Assembly: GCA_965279525.1 (NCBI GenBank)
Contig: CBDIIB010000003.1
Location: 288,001-352,000, forward strand
Source: Tagaea sp.
GTDB taxonomy: Bacteria; Pseudomonadota; Alphaproteobacteria; CACIAM-22H2
DNA length: 64,000 nt
Reading direction: 5' to 3'
Shown here one piece after another: positions 20,313-31,562 of this stretch. Below the pieces are notes generated by a model that made no database searches, was not told where the DNA came from, and saw only the letters and a program-made list of their open reading frames with translations. Positions within the stretch are counted from its first letter, which is position 1; each line of letters begins with the position of its first letter. A program made the position numbers and the translations under genes.

Positions 20313-21970
20313 CGGCGCTGCTCCGGCGGGCGTTCGTGGAATTTGCCGTCGCGAAGCTCGTAGACGCGGTCGGCGAGGCGCAGAACCGAGGGCTGGTAGC
20401 TCACGAGTACAAGCGTGCTGCGGCCCTTTAGGTCCTTCAGAAGTTCGAGCAGCCGGTCGTTCGAATCGTGGTCGAGGCCGTTGTTGCCCTCGTCGAACAG
20501 CACGATGCGCGGCTCGTCGACCAAAGCGCGCACGATCGCGATGCGCTGGCGCACGCCGCCGGGCAGCGTCTCGCTCTCGCCGATCTCGGTCTCGTAGCCC
20601 TGCGGCTGGGCCGCGACGTAGCGGTCAAGACCGAGGCGCTCGGAAAGATCGAGGGCGACGTCCACGATCGGGCCGCGCCGGAACATGGTCAGGTTGTCGA
20701 TCAGCGTGCCGTGGAACACGGCCCCCTGGCGCGGAAGGAGGCCGATCTCGGCCGGCGTGGGCCGCGGATGGCCGGGACCCAGCGCCACCCCGTCATAGAG
20801 GATGGCGCCGTTCTTCGGCCGCACGAGCCCGGCAAGCAGGGAGAGCACCGTCGACCGGCCGCTGCCGTTCGCCGAAACGATCGCCACGGTCTCGCCGGCG
20901 GCGATCTTCAGGTTGGTGCCGTTGAGGATCTCCTTGCCGCGGGCATAGCCGAAATCGACGTCGCGCAGCTCGATGCTGCCGCGGTCGACACGCGGGCCGC
21001 CGCTTTTGCCATGGCCGGGTTCGAAGGGGATGTCGGCGAGCGCCTTCAGCCGGTCGCGTGCGATGCGGATGCCCTGGAAGTTCGTCCAGATCCCCATCGC
21101 GCGCATCAGCGGCTGCAGCGTGCGCCCGGCGAGCAGCGAGCAGCAGGCGAGCTGGCCCACGGTCATGTCGCCGGCAAGCACCAGCGTGGCGCCGTAGGCG
21201 AGCACCGCGACGACCGCGAGATTGGAAAAGAGGCTGCCCAGCGTCTGCGACAGGTTCGACAGGTTCGTCACGCGATGCGCGTTGGAGGCGGCCGAATCCA
21301 TCAGCCGTTCGTAGCGCCGCATCATCTGGCGTTCCATCGTCAGCGCCTTGACGGTGGTGATGCCGGTCAGCACCTCGATCATGAAGCTGGTGCGCCGGTC
21401 GTCGGACTGGGCGCGCGCACCGATCGCCCGGCGCAGGAAGCCGCCGACGGCGAGGGCGGCGATCGCGAAGGCGGCGAAGACGGCGACCGTCACCCAGACG
21501 AGCGGGCCGCCGATCACCCAGATCAGCCCGGCGAAGACGAACGCGAACGGCAGGTCGACGAAGATCGTCGCCCCCTGGTTGGCGTAGAACTCGCGCAGCC
21601 GGTCGACCGCACTCAGCCGTTCGAGATGGGCACCGGGCGAATCGCTCTGCACGGCGGTGAAATCGCCATGCAGGAGCCGCTGGATCGCCGCACAGCCCGC
21701 CGCGTGTTCGTAGCGCGCACCGGCCCAGCCGGCGAGCGCGTTGCGCGTGGCGCGCATCAGCCCCTCGCCCAGCAGCACGGTGACGAGCAGGACCACCAGC
21801 AGGACAAGCGTGTCGGTCGCCGCATTCGGGATGACGCGGTCGTAGACCTGGAGCGTGAAAATGGGCAGGGCGGTCCCCAGCACGTTCAGCGCCAGCGAAG
21901 CCAGCAGCAGCGTCGGGTTGAGCGCCATGCGCAGTCCCGCACCCACGGGTATCCGGTCGAATTTGGCCAT
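20309..21970 (-). CDS. Type I secretion ABC transporter without C39 domain (subunit A); start uncertain (22042/21970/21928)
   Basis: LQVYDRVIP, VDLPF, degenerate Walker A SANGSGRST, signature LPGGVRQR, Walker B VLFDEG and H-loop replaced by VSYQP. Confidence 0.88.
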   Translation of the reverse strand: MAKFDRIPVGAGLRMALNPTLLLASLALNVLGTALPIFTLQVYDRVIPNAATDTLVLLVVLLVTVLLGEGLMRATRNALAGWAGARYEHAAGCAAIQRLLHGDFTAVQSDSPGAHLERLSAVDRLREFYANQGATIFVDLPFAFVFAGLIWVIGGPLVWVTVAVFAAFAIAALAVGGFLRRAIGARAQSDDRRTSFMIEVLTGITTVKALTMERQMMRRYERLMDSAASNAHRVTNLSNLSQTLGSLFSNLAVVAVLAYGATLVLAGDMTVGQLACCSLLAGRTLQPLMRAMGIWTNFQGIRIARDRLKALADIPFEPGHGKSGGPRVDRGSIELRDVDFGYARGKEILNGTNLKIAAGETVAIVSANGSGRSTVLSLLAGLVRPKNGAILYDGVALGPGHPRPTPAEIGLLPRQGAVFHGTLIDNLTMFRRGPIVDVALDLSERLGLDRYVAAQPQGYETEIGESETLPGGVRQRIAIVRALVDEPRIVLFDEGNNGLDHDSNDRLLELLKDLKGRSTLVLVSYQPSVLRLADRVYELRDGKFHERPPEQRR

Positions 21971-22189
21971 CGCTGGAATGCTGTCTCGCCTGTAGAGTCC
22001 GTTGGCCAAGATAGGGATCTTCGGAGCTTCGAATACCCCCATTGAGGTGGCGAGTCGAAGGTAAGATTTCGTTATGGAGGATACATCCCGGAAAGTTCAC
22101 TGTGGACTCAAATCTAAAAAGAATGCATAATTTTATCTATGTACATAAGTATTTGAAATAGAAGCCATTTGCAGAATGCGAACAGTATC

Positions 22190-25100
22190 ATGGCAGACGG
22201 TACAAGGGACGTTCAAGTCGACGAACTGACGGCGCTTCCGAAGGACGCGAAGCCGGCGGATGCGCCTGCGTCCGAGACTGGCCTGAGCCAGCCATCCGCA
22301 CCTCCGCGCGATGGTGCCCAGGATGCCGCCAGCGCCATGGGCGCCGTCCATTACGGCACCCTGATGGGCGACGAGCGCAGCTATCAGCCCGAAGCGCCGG
22401 CCGCCGACCAGGCGATCGAGATTGCGGCCGGTCCTAGGATCGAAACGACCCGTTCCGGCGGGCTTGAAGAGGCCAACGCCGATGCGCAGGCCGCTGCAGC
22501 GGGCGAAGCCGCCGCCGCCGGTTCGCTGGGCGGCGACCGGACGAGCGAGGGCGGCCAGCAGGTCGCCAATGCGAATTTCACGGCTCGGGGTGCGGAAGGC
22601 GCTGCCGGAAATGCCGCGGCCAATGCCGCAGGCGGTCCTGCTGCGGGCGCCGTCGCGGGCGACCCCGCTGGTGCGCCGGCCGCGTCAGCCGAAACCGCCG
22701 CGCCGGGCCCAGGCGAAAGCGCCGGCACGGGTGGTGCGGTACCGGGTGCTGCCGCGCCCGCGGCGGCCCGCACCGGCGACGTCCTTTCGGGAAATGCCAC
22801 TGGCTCGCTCGAGGCAGCCAGCACGTCCCCGCTCGGAACTTCGTCCGGGTCGGGCAGTCCATCGTCCGCTTTCGGCACGCGGCCAGACATCGTCCAGTCC
22901 GCGGCACCTGTACCAGCACCCGCACCTGCGCCGGTCGCGCCGGCGCCGCCTCCCGTCGTGGAGTTCCAGCCGGCCAGCCAGCCCGACGCGGCAGCCACCG
23001 TCAGTGGGCCGGCCGCCCCCGTCGTCATTCCGGATACTTTCGCAGGCACGCCCGAACTTTCCGTCGCGAACGCAAGCGGCACCGAAGACGGCGCGGTCGC
23101 GCTGAACATCGCGGCGGCTCTCGGCGACAACGACGGCTCGGAGACGCTTTCGGTCACGGTCTCGAACGTTCCGGCGGGTGGCCATCTGACGGCCGGCATC
23201 GACAACGGCGACGGCACGTGGACTCTTGCGCCCGAAGATCTGCCGGGTCTCGCCTTTGTTCCGCCGGCCGATGCATCGGGCACGTTCACGCTGAATGTCG
23301 CGGCGACGTCGACCGAGGCGCTGGGTGGCGCCACGAGCACGCGCACGGCGAGCCTCGCGGTCGATGTCGCGCCAGCGGCTGACGCGCCGACGCTGACAGC
23401 GACCAACGCGACCGGCACCGAAGACGGCGCCGTGGCGCTGAACATCGCGGCGGCATTGGGCGACACCGACGGTTCCGAGACTCTTTCCGTGACCGTCTCG
23501 GGCGTTCCGCTCGACGGCCATCTGACGGCCGGTATCGACAACGGCGACGGCACGTGGACGCTGGCCCCCGGCGATCTTGCCGGCCTCTCTTATGTTCCCG
23601 CTGCCAACGCGAGCGGCACGTTCACGTTGAACGTCAGTGCCACCTCGACGGAAGGTGCCAACGGCGCCACGAGCACGCGCACGGCGAGCCTGTCGGTCGA
23701 CGTGGCGGCAGCAGCCGACGCGCCGACGCTGACGGCGACCAACGCGACCGGCACCGAAGACGGTGCGGTCGCGCTGAACATCGCGGCGGCACTGGGCGAC
23801 ACGGACGGTTCTGAAACACTGTCGGTCACGGTCTCCGGCGTTCCACTGGATGGCCACCTGACGGCCGGCATCGACAACGGTGACGGGACGTGGACGCTCG
23901 CACCGGGCGATCTTGCCGGTCTTGCCTATGTTCCTGCCGCCGACGCGAGCGGCACGTTCACGCTGAACGTCAGCGCCACCTCGACGGAAGGTGCCAACGG
24001 TGCGACCAGCGTGCGCACGGCGAGCCTGTCGGTCGACGTGGCGGCCGCTGCCGACGCGCCGACGCTGACGGCAACGAACGCGACCGGCACCGAAGACGGC
24101 GCCGTGGCGCTGAACATCGCGGCGGCATTGGGCGACACCGACGGTTCGGAGACTCTTTCCGTGACCGTCTCGGGCGTTCCGCTCGACGGTCATCTGACGG
24201 CCGGCATCGACAATGGCGACGGCACGTGGACGTTGGCGCCTGGTGACCTCGCCGGACTCGCCTATGTTCCGGCAGCCAACGCCTCGGGCACGTTTACGCT
24301 GAACGTCAGTGCCACCTCGACCGAAGGCGCCAACGGTACCACGAGCGTGCGCACGGCGAGCCTGTCGGTCGATGTCGCGGCAGCGGCCGACGCACCGACG
24401 CTGACGGCGACCAACGCGACCGGCACCGAAGATGGCGCGGTCGCACTGAACATCGCGGCAGCGCTCGGCGACACGGATGGTTCTGAGACGCTTTCTGTAA
24501 CCGTCTCCGGCGTTCCGCTGGACGGCCATCTGACAGCCGGTATCGACAACGGCGACGGCACGTGGACGCTTGCGCCCGGCGATCTTGCCGGTCTTGCCTA
24601 TGTTCCCGCCGCGGATGCCTCGGGCACGTTCACGCTGAACGTCAGTGCCACTTCGACGGAAGGTGCGAACGGTGCGACCAGCGTGCGCACGGCGAGCCTG
24701 TCGGTCGACGTGGCGGCCGCTGCCGACGCGCCGACGCTGACGGCAACGAACGCGACCGGCACCGAAGACGGCGCCGTGGCGCTGAACATCGCGGCGGCAT
24801 TGGGCGACACCGACGGTTCCGAGACTCTTTCCGTGACCGTCTCGGGCGTTCCGCTCGACGGTCATCTGACGGCCGGCATCGACAATGGCGACGGCACGTG
24901 GACGCTCGCACCTGGCGACCTCGCCGGACTCTCCTATGTTCCCGCCGCCAACGCGAGTGGCACGTTCACGCTGAACGTGACGGCGACCTCGACCGAAGGT
25001 GCCAACGGTGCCACCAACACGCGCACGGCGAGTCTCGCGGTCGACGTGGCGGCAGCCGCCGACGCGCCGACGCTGACGGCGACCAACGCGACCGGCACCG

Positions 25101-28100
25101 AAGACGGTTCCATCGCGCTGAACATCCAGTCGGCTCTGGGCGACACGGACGGTTCCGAGACCCTCTCGGTGACGGTCTCCGGCGTTCCGCTCGACGGTCA
25201 TCTCACCGCCGGCATCGACAACGGCGACGGCACGTGGACGCTCGCACCCGGCGATCTTGCCGGTCTTGCCTATGTTCCCGCCGCCGACGCGAGCGGCACG
25301 TTCACGCTGAACGTGACGGCGACTTCGACCGAAGGTGCCAACGGTGCCACCAGCGTGCGCACGGCAAGCATGTCGGTCGACGTCGCGGCCGCCGTCGATG
25401 CGCCGACGACCCTGTCGATCGACGTGCGAAGCGCCGTCGGCAACGATTCCACCTTCTCCAACGGCGAGACCGGCCAGGTCACGGTCGTGGCGCAGTTCCG
25501 CGACAATGACGGCTCGCAGACGCATGGTGCCACCCTTGCCGTGCCCGAAGGGCTCATCGTGTCCGACGCGGCCGGGGGCACCTGGACGCCGGGCGTGGAC
25601 GGGACCGGCGGCCAGATCGTGTTCGACGGCGTCATCGGCGCCGGCGGTCTGCTTGAAGTCACGATCGGCGTGCGCGCGACGGATACGGTCGATCTTGCTT
25701 CGACCGGCCAGTTCCAGCTGACCGCGACGAGCGCCGAAGACGGCGGTGCAAGCGCTTCTGCGACGGCATCGGCCGACGCAAACCTTTCGACGGCACCGCT
25801 GACGGTCGCCGGCACGAGCGGCAACGACAGTCTCGTCGCGTCTGGCTTGCGCGAATCCTTCGAGGGCGGCACGGGCACCGATACGGTCGACTATTCGGCC
25901 GATGCGGCCGGCGTGGATATCGATCTTGCGGCGGGCACCGCGTCGGGCGGGCTTGCCGCCGGCGACGTGCTTTCGGGCATCGAGAACCTGACGGGCGGCA
26001 GCGGCAATGACGCGCTGACCGGCGATGCCGCCGCCAACCGTCTCGAGGGCGGGGCCGGCGACGACAAGCTGACCGGCGGTGCGGGTGCCGACACGCTGAC
26101 CGGCGGTGCCGGCAACGACACGGCCAACTATTCGGGTTCGACGGCAGCGGTCACGGTCAATCTCACGACGGGTGTGGGGACAGGCGGCGACGCCGCCGGC
26201 GACACGCTTTCCGGAATCGAGAACATCACCGGCTCGGCGCTTGGCGACAATCTCACCGGCGATGCCGGCTCCAACCGCCTCGAAGGCGGGGCCGGCAACG
26301 ACCGTCTCGACGGCAGCACAGGCAACGACGCCATCGTGGGCGGTGCCGGTGCCGACACGCTGATCGGCGGGACCGGCATCGACGCCGCCGTCTATACGGG
26401 CTCGTCCGCCGGCGTGAATGTCAGCCTTGCGACGGGCACCGGCTCCGGCGGCGATGCGCAGGGCGACACGCTTTCCGGTTTCGAGAATCTCGAGGGCTCG
26501 GCCTTTGCCGATACGCTGACGGGCGACACGACGGCCAACCTTCTTGAAGGTGCTGCCGGCAACGACACGTTGCTGGGCGGCGCGGGTGCCGACACGCTTG
26601 CGGGCGGCGAAGGCGCCGACACGGCGAGCTACGCGACGTCGACCGCCGCGGTCACGGTCAACCTTGCGACCGGTGCAGGCACGCAAGGCGATGCCGCCGG
26701 CGACGTATTGACCGGCATCGAGAATCTTCTCGGCGGCACGGTCAACGACACGCTGACGGGCGATGCCGGTGCCAACCGGATCGACGGCGGTGCCGGCAAC
26801 GACAGCATCGTGGGCGGCGAAGGGGCCGACACGCTGATCGGCGGTGCGGGATCCGACACGGCGAGCTATGCGGCTTCGGCCGAAAGCGTCGCCGTCAACC
26901 TCGCGACGGGCGTGGGTACAGGCGGCGATGCCGAGGGCGACACGCTTTCCGGCTTCGAGACGGTGATCGGCAGTGCCGGCGACGACACGCTGACCGGCGA
27001 TGCGGCGGCCAATCGCCTCGAAGGCGGGGCCGGCGACGACACGATCACGGGCGGTGCCGGCGGCGACACGCTGGTCGGCGGCACGGGCACCGACACGCTC
27101 GTCTATACGGGTTCCACCGCCGCGGTCGCGGTCAATCTCGCGACGGCCGCGGTTTCCGGCGGCGATGCGGCAAGCGACGTGATTTCGGGCTTCGAGAACC
27201 TCACCGGTTCGGCACTCGGCGACACGCTGACGGGCGATGCGAACGCCAACATCATCGACGGTGCCGCCGGCAACGACACGATGCAGGGCGGTGCCGGGGC
27301 GGATACGCTCGTCGGCGGTGCTGGCACCGACACGGCCACATATGCGGCGTCGGCCACGGGCGTGACGGTCGATCTCGCCGCGGGTACGGGTGCCGGCGGC
27401 GATGCGGCCGGCGACGTGCTGTCGGGGATCGAGAACCTTATCGGTTCGGCGGTCGCGGACACTCTCTCCGGCGATGCGCTCGCCAACGCGATCGACGGCG
27501 GGACGGGCGACGACACGCTGACGGGCGGTGCGGGCGCCGACACGCTGACGGGCGGAACAGGCATCGACACGGCGAGCTATTCGGCTTCGGCCGCCGGCGT
27601 GAACGTGAACCTGACGACGAACACCGGCACCGGCGGCGATGCGCAGAGCGACGTGCTGTCGGGCATCGAGAACCTCGTGGGTTCCGACAATGCCGACACG
27701 CTGACCGGTTCGACGGCGGCCAACCGCCTCGAAGGCGGCGAGGGCGACGACACGCTGGTCGGCGGTGCGGGTGCGGACACGCTGCTGGGCGGTGCGGGCA
27801 CCGACACGGCGAGCTATGCGACATCGACCGCGGCGGTGACCGCGAGCCTTGCCACGGGCACAGGCACCGTCGGCGATGCGGCCGGCGACGTGCTGACGGA
27901 CATCGAGAACCTGACGGGCGGGACCAGCACCGACACGCTGACGGGCAATGCGGGCGCCAACGTCATCGACGGCGGGGCCGGCAACGACACGCTGGCCGGC
28001 GGGGCGGGTGCCGACACGATCATCGGCGGAACCGGCACCGACACGGCTTCGTATGCCGGATCGGCTGCCGGCGTGACGATCGACCTCAACGCCGCGACGC

Positions 28101-31100
28101 AGGCCGGCGGCGATGCCGAAGGCGACGCGCTGACGGGCATCGAGAACGTCGTGGGTTCGGCCAATGCCGACAATCTCACGGGCGACGCGCTCGCCAACGC
28201 GCTCGACGGCGGTGCCGGCGACGATACGCTGACGGGCGGTGCGGGCGCCGACGCGCTGACGGGCGGTGCCGGCATCGACACGGTCAACTACGCGGATTCC
28301 GCGGCAGCCGTGAACGTGAGCTTGACGACGAACACGGGTACGGGCGGCGACGCACAGGGCGACGTGCTGTCCGGCGTCGAGAATATCGTGGGTTCGGCCA
28401 ACGCCGACACGCTGACCGGTTCGACGACGGCCAATCTGCTCGAAGGCGGGGCCGGCAACGACACGCTGCTGGGCGGCGCCGGGGCCGACACGCTGGTCGG
28501 CGGCGAGGGCACGGATACGGCAAGCTACTCGGCCTCGACCGGGGCGGTGACCGTCGACCTTTCGACCGGTGCGGGCACGCTCGGCGATGCGGCCGGCGAC
28601 GAGCTGACCGGCATCGAGAACCTGCTGGGCGGTGCCGGCGCCGACATCCTGACCGGCGACGCGAGCGCCAACCGGATTGACGGCGGTGCGGCCAACGACA
28701 CGCTTGCCGGCGGTGCGGGTGCTGACACGCTGATCGGCGGGACGGGAACCGATACGGCGAGCTATGCGGCCGACACCGAGGGCGTGAACGTCAATCTCAC
28801 GACGGGTCTGGGTAGCGGCGGCGAGGCCGAAGGCGACACGCTCGCGACGATCGAGAACGTGACGGGCGGTTCGGGCGCCGACACGCTGACGGGCGATGCG
28901 AACGCCAACCGCCTGGAAGGCGGCGACGGCGCCGACACGCTGGTCGGCGGTGCCGGTGCCGACACGCTGGTGGGCGGGACGGGCATCGACACGGCGGACT
29001 ACTCGGCGTCGGCGGCGGCGGTGACGGTCAACCTCGCGACCGGAACAGGTGCCGGTACGGGCAGCACGGCACTAAGCGACGTGCTGTCGGGCGTGGAGAA
29101 TGTGGTCGGCTCGACACTTGCCGACACGCTGACGGGCGATGCGAACGCCAACGTGCTGGACGGCGGAACCGGCAACGACACGCTGACCGGCGGTGCGGGT
29201 GCCGACACGCTCATCGGCGGGGCCGGCAACGACACGGCGAATTACGGCACGGCGACGGCCGCGGTGACGGTCAATCTTGCGACTGGCGAAGGCACGCAAG
29301 GCGATGCCGACGGCGACGTACTTTCGGGCATCGAGACGCTGATCGGCGGTGCGGGTGCTGACACGCTGACGGGTGATGCATTTGCCAACCGTCTCGATGG
29401 CGGGGCGGCCAACGACACGCTGCAGGGCGGTGCGGGTGCGGACTCGCTGGTCGGCGGTGCGGGCGTCGATACGGCGAGCTATGCGGACTCCGCGGCCGCC
29501 GTGACGGTCAACCTGACGACGGGATTGGGGACCGGCGGCGATGCGCAGGGCGATACGCTCGCGACGATCGAGAACGTGAGCGGTTCGGCCTTCGCCGATA
29601 CGCTGACGGGCGATGCGAACGCCAACCGGCTTGAAGGCGGCGACGGCGACGACACGCTGATCGGCGCTGCCGGTGCCGACACGCTGGTCGGCGGCGACGG
29701 GACAGATACGGCGAGCTACGCGACGTCGACCGCGTCGGTGTCGGCAAGCCTCGCGACAGGAACGGGAACCGTCGGCGATGCCACGGGCGACGTGTTCACC
29801 GGGATCGAGAACCTGACCGGCGGTTCGAATTCCGACACGCTGACGGGCGATGCGAACGACAACCGGATTGACGGCGGTGCCGGAAACGACCTGCTGACCG
29901 GCGGTGCCGGCGCGGACACGCTCGTCGGCGGTGCCGGCACGGACACGGCCAGCTACTCGACCTCCACGGCCGCCATCGCCGTCGACCTTGCGGCCGGCGT
30001 CGGCACGATGGGCGATGCGGCGGGCGACGTGCTCTCGGGCATCGAAAGCCTCGTGGGCGGGTCGGGCGCCGACACGCTGACGGGCGACGCGGCTGCCAAC
30101 CGCCTCGACGGCGGTGCCGGCGATGACACGCTGACGGGCGGCGGCGGTGCCGACTCGCTCATCGGCGGTACGGGCATCGACACGGTCAACTACGCGGGCT
30201 CGGCTGCGGCCGTCACGGTCAATCTCGGGACGGGTGCGGGCACCGGCGGCGATGCGGCCAGCGACACCTATACGACGATCGAGAACGTGATCGGCTCGGC
30301 CTATGCCGACACGCTGACGGGTTCGACCGCCGCCAACGTGCTTGAGGGCGGTGCCGGAAACGACATGCTCCTGGGCGGTGCGGGTGCGGACACGCTGATC
30401 GGCGGCGACGGAACGGACACCGCGAGCTATTCCGCTTCGACGGCGGCGGTGACGGCCAACCTCGAGACGGGTGCCGGCACGCAGGGCGACGCGTCCGGCG
30501 ACGTGCTGACCGGGATCGAAAATCTGATCGGCGGCACCGGCGCCGACCGGCTGACCGGCGATGCCGGGGCCAACGTGCTTTCCGGTGCCGCCGGCAACGA
30601 CACGCTGACCGGCGGGCTCGGCAACGACACGCTGATCGGCGGGGCGGGTTCGGACAGCCTCGTGGGCGGCGACGGCACGGACACGATCGACTACAGCGCG
30701 TCGACGAACGCGGTGACCGTCAACTTGACGACCGGCGCCGTCAGCGGCGGCGATGCGGCAGGCGACGTCCTGTCGTCGATCGAGAACGTCACGGGCTCGA
30801 CGAAGAACGACTCGCTGACGGGCGACGCGAACGCGAACGTGCTTTCCGGTGGGGCAGGCACCGACGCGCTCGTCGGCAACGCGGGCGACGACACGCTGAT
30901 CGGCGGTGCCGGCAAGGACACGCTCACCGGCGGTACGGGCCTGGACACGGCCGATTACAGCACGTCGACGGCCGCCGTGAACGTCAACCTCGCGACCGGT
31001 GCCAACAGCGGCGGCGATGCCGCCAGCGACGTGTATTCGTCGATCGAGAATCTCGCGGGCTCGGCCTTCAACGACACGCTGACGGGCGATGCGAACGCCA

Positions 31101-31471
31101 ACGTGCTTGCCGGTGCTGCAGGCAACGACACGCTGACGGGCGGGCTTGGCGACGACACGCTGGCCGGCGGCATCGGCAACGACCTGATGGCCGGCGGCGA
31201 CGGTTCGGATCTCGCCTATTTCGGCGCGGGCTGGGGCAACGACGTGTTCCAGGGCGGTGCCGGCGGCGGCTGGACCGACACCGTCTTCATCGACGGCGTG
31301 ACCGGCGGGCCGGGTTCGGGCGGCTGGACGCTGACGCTCGACGACGGAACGGTGCTGACCGACACGGCGGCACACGGCTCGATCGACCTTGCACCGGACT
31401 CGTCCGGCACGGTCGTGATGTCGGACGGCAGCGAGATGACCTTCGAGGGTGTCGAAAAGTTCCAGTGGTAG
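22190..31471 (+). CDS. Giant RTX adhesin-like T1SS substrate (~3,090 aa)
   Basis: Low-complexity Ala/Gly/Pro N-terminus, 7 Ig/cadherin-like repeats, 22 modules with GGxGxDxLx Ca2+-binding nonapeptides and a unique C-terminus ending FEGVEKFQW. No Sec signal; divergent from the T1SS genes. Confidence 0.92.
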   Translation: MADGTRDVQVDELTALPKDAKPADAPASETGLSQPSAPPRDGAQDAASAMGAVHYGTLMGDERSYQPEAPAADQAIEIAAGPRIETTRSGGLEEANADAQAAAAGEAAAAGSLGGDRTSEGGQQVANANFTARGAEGAAGNAAANAAGGPAAGAVAGDPAGAPAASAETAAPGPGESAGTGGAVPGAAAPAAARTGDVLSGNATGSLEAASTSPLGTSSGSGSPSSAFGTRPDIVQSAAPVPAPAPAPVAPAPPPVVEFQPASQPDAAATVSGPAAPVVIPDTFAGTPELSVANASGTEDGAVALNIAAALGDNDGSETLSVTVSNVPAGGHLTAGIDNGDGTWTLAPEDLPGLAFVPPADASGTFTLNVAATSTEALGGATSTRTASLAVDVAPAADAPTLTATNATGTEDGAVALNIAAALGDTDGSETLSVTVSGVPLDGHLTAGIDNGDGTWTLAPGDLAGLSYVPAANASGTFTLNVSATSTEGANGATSTRTASLSVDVAAAADAPTLTATNATGTEDGAVALNIAAALGDTDGSETLSVTVSGVPLDGHLTAGIDNGDGTWTLAPGDLAGLAYVPAADASGTFTLNVSATSTEGANGATSVRTASLSVDVAAAADAPTLTATNATGTEDGAVALNIAAALGDTDGSETLSVTVSGVPLDGHLTAGIDNGDGTWTLAPGDLAGLAYVPAANASGTFTLNVSATSTEGANGTTSVRTASLSVDVAAAADAPTLTATNATGTEDGAVALNIAAALGDTDGSETLSVTVSGVPLDGHLTAGIDNGDGTWTLAPGDLAGLAYVPAADASGTFTLNVSATSTEGANGATSVRTASLSVDVAAAADAPTLTATNATGTEDGAVALNIAAALGDTDGSETLSVTVSGVPLDGHLTAGIDNGDGTWTLAPGDLAGLSYVPAANASGTFTLNVTATSTEGANGATNTRTASLAVDVAAAADAPTLTATNATGTEDGSIALNIQSALGDTDGSETLSVTVSGVPLDGHLTAGIDNGDGTWTLAPGDLAGLAYVPAADASGTFTLNVTATSTEGANGATSVRTASMSVDVAAAVDAPTTLSIDVRSAVGNDSTFSNGETGQVTVVAQFRDNDGSQTHGATLAVPEGLIVSDAAGGTWTPGVDGTGGQIVFDGVIGAGGLLEVTIGVRATDTVDLASTGQFQLTATSAEDGGASASATASADANLSTAPLTVAGTSGNDSLVASGLRESFEGGTGTDTVDYSADAAGVDIDLAAGTASGGLAAGDVLSGIENLTGGSGNDALTGDAAANRLEGGAGDDKLTGGAGADTLTGGAGNDTANYSGSTAAVTVNLTTGVGTGGDAAGDTLSGIENITGSALGDNLTGDAGSNRLEGGAGNDRLDGSTGNDAIVGGAGADTLIGGTGIDAAVYTGSSAGVNVSLATGTGSGGDAQGDTLSGFENLEGSAFADTLTGDTTANLLEGAAGNDTLLGGAGADTLAGGEGADTASYATSTAAVTVNLATGAGTQGDAAGDVLTGIENLLGGTVNDTLTGDAGANRIDGGAGNDSIVGGEGADTLIGGAGSDTASYAASAESVAVNLATGVGTGGDAEGDTLSGFETVIGSAGDDTLTGDAAANRLEGGAGDDTITGGAGGDTLVGGTGTDTLVYTGSTAAVAVNLATAAVSGGDAASDVISGFENLTGSALGDTLTGDANANIIDGAAGNDTMQGGAGADTLVGGAGTDTATYAASATGVTVDLAAGTGAGGDAAGDVLSGIENLIGSAVADTLSGDALANAIDGGTGDDTLTGGAGADTLTGGTGIDTASYSASAAGVNVNLTTNTGTGGDAQSDVLSGIENLVGSDNADTLTGSTAANRLEGGEGDDTLVGGAGADTLLGGAGTDTASYATSTAAVTASLATGTGTVGDAAGDVLTDIENLTGGTSTDTLTGNAGANVIDGGAGNDTLAGGAGADTIIGGTGTDTASYAGSAAGVTIDLNAATQAGGDAEGDALTGIENVVGSANADNLTGDALANALDGGAGDDTLTGGAGADALTGGAGIDTVNYADSAAAVNVSLTTNTGTGGDAQGDVLSGVENIVGSANADTLTGSTTANLLEGGAGNDTLLGGAGADTLVGGEGTDTASYSASTGAVTVDLSTGAGTLGDAAGDELTGIENLLGGAGADILTGDASANRIDGGAANDTLAGGAGADTLIGGTGTDTASYAADTEGVNVNLTTGLGSGGEAEGDTLATIENVTGGSGADTLTGDANANRLEGGDGADTLVGGAGADTLVGGTGIDTADYSASAAAVTVNLATGTGAGTGSTALSDVLSGVENVVGSTLADTLTGDANANVLDGGTGNDTLTGGAGADTLIGGAGNDTANYGTATAAVTVNLATGEGTQGDADGDVLSGIETLIGGAGADTLTGDAFANRLDGGAANDTLQGGAGADSLVGGAGVDTASYADSAAAVTVNLTTGLGTGGDAQGDTLATIENVSGSAFADTLTGDANANRLEGGDGDDTLIGAAGADTLVGGDGTDTASYATSTASVSASLATGTGTVGDATGDVFTGIENLTGGSNSDTLTGDANDNRIDGGAGNDLLTGGAGADTLVGGAGTDTASYSTSTAAIAVDLAAGVGTMGDAAGDVLSGIESLVGGSGADTLTGDAAANRLDGGAGDDTLTGGGGADSLIGGTGIDTVNYAGSAAAVTVNLGTGAGTGGDAASDTYTTIENVIGSAYADTLTGSTAANVLEGGAGNDMLLGGAGADTLIGGDGTDTASYSASTAAVTANLETGAGTQGDASGDVLTGIENLIGGTGADRLTGDAGANVLSGAAGNDTLTGGLGNDTLIGGAGSDSLVGGDGTDTIDYSASTNAVTVNLTTGAVSGGDAAGDVLSSIENVTGSTKNDSLTGDANANVLSGGAGTDALVGNAGDDTLIGGAGKDTLTGGTGLDTADYSTSTAAVNVNLATGANSGGDAASDVYSSIENLAGSAFNDTLTGDANANVLAGAAGNDTLTGGLGDDTLAGGIGNDLMAGGDGSDLAYFGAGWGNDVFQGGAGGGWTDTVFIDGVTGGPGSGGWTLTLDDGTVLTDTAAHGSIDLAPDSSGTVVMSDGSEMTFEGVEKFQW
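23048..25399 (+). repeat. 7 x 336-bp (112-aa) tandem Ig/cadherin-like repeat
   Basis: Units start at 23048, 23384, 23720, 24056, 24392, 24728 and 25064 ([21 protein letters not shown]...VDVAAAAD). Confidence 0.95.
25860..31230 (+). repeat. 22 RTX modules, basic period 237 bp (79 aa), some with one extra 27-bp nonapeptide
   Basis: Recurrent DTASY..S.AAV.V.L..G.G.GGDA.GD.LSGIENL.G motif; the short antisense ORFs in the track recur at 237/264-bp spacing. Confidence 0.9.
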
Positions 31472-31562
31472 CGGTCGCACCGGCGTTTCCCGCGACCGGC
31501 GAACGGCGCTATCCTGCCCGCCGCGGAGTCGCGACGTCGGCGCCCGCCGGGAGGAACGCGCG

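Noticed and set aside
22138-22147. Palindrome TATGTACATA in the T1SS/adhesin divergent promoter region
   Set aside because: Single short copy in AT-rich DNA; plausible operator but indistinguishable from chance.
22400-22700. LapG-type di-alanine cleavage site in the adhesin N-terminus
   Set aside because: AAG occurs many times in this Ala/Gly-rich stretch by composition alone, and no lapG or lapD is in the window.
23048-25399. Many N-X-S/T sequons suggesting adhesin glycosylation by the GT cluster
   Set aside because: Expected from the Thr/Ser/Asn-rich composition; the GTs are ~16 kb away and LPS-like, and none resembles HMW1C.
23048-31230. Regular periodic repeats as a possible CRISPR array or non-coding repeat
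   Set aside because: Periods of 336 and 237 bp are in frame within one CDS, with no unique spacers and no cas genes.
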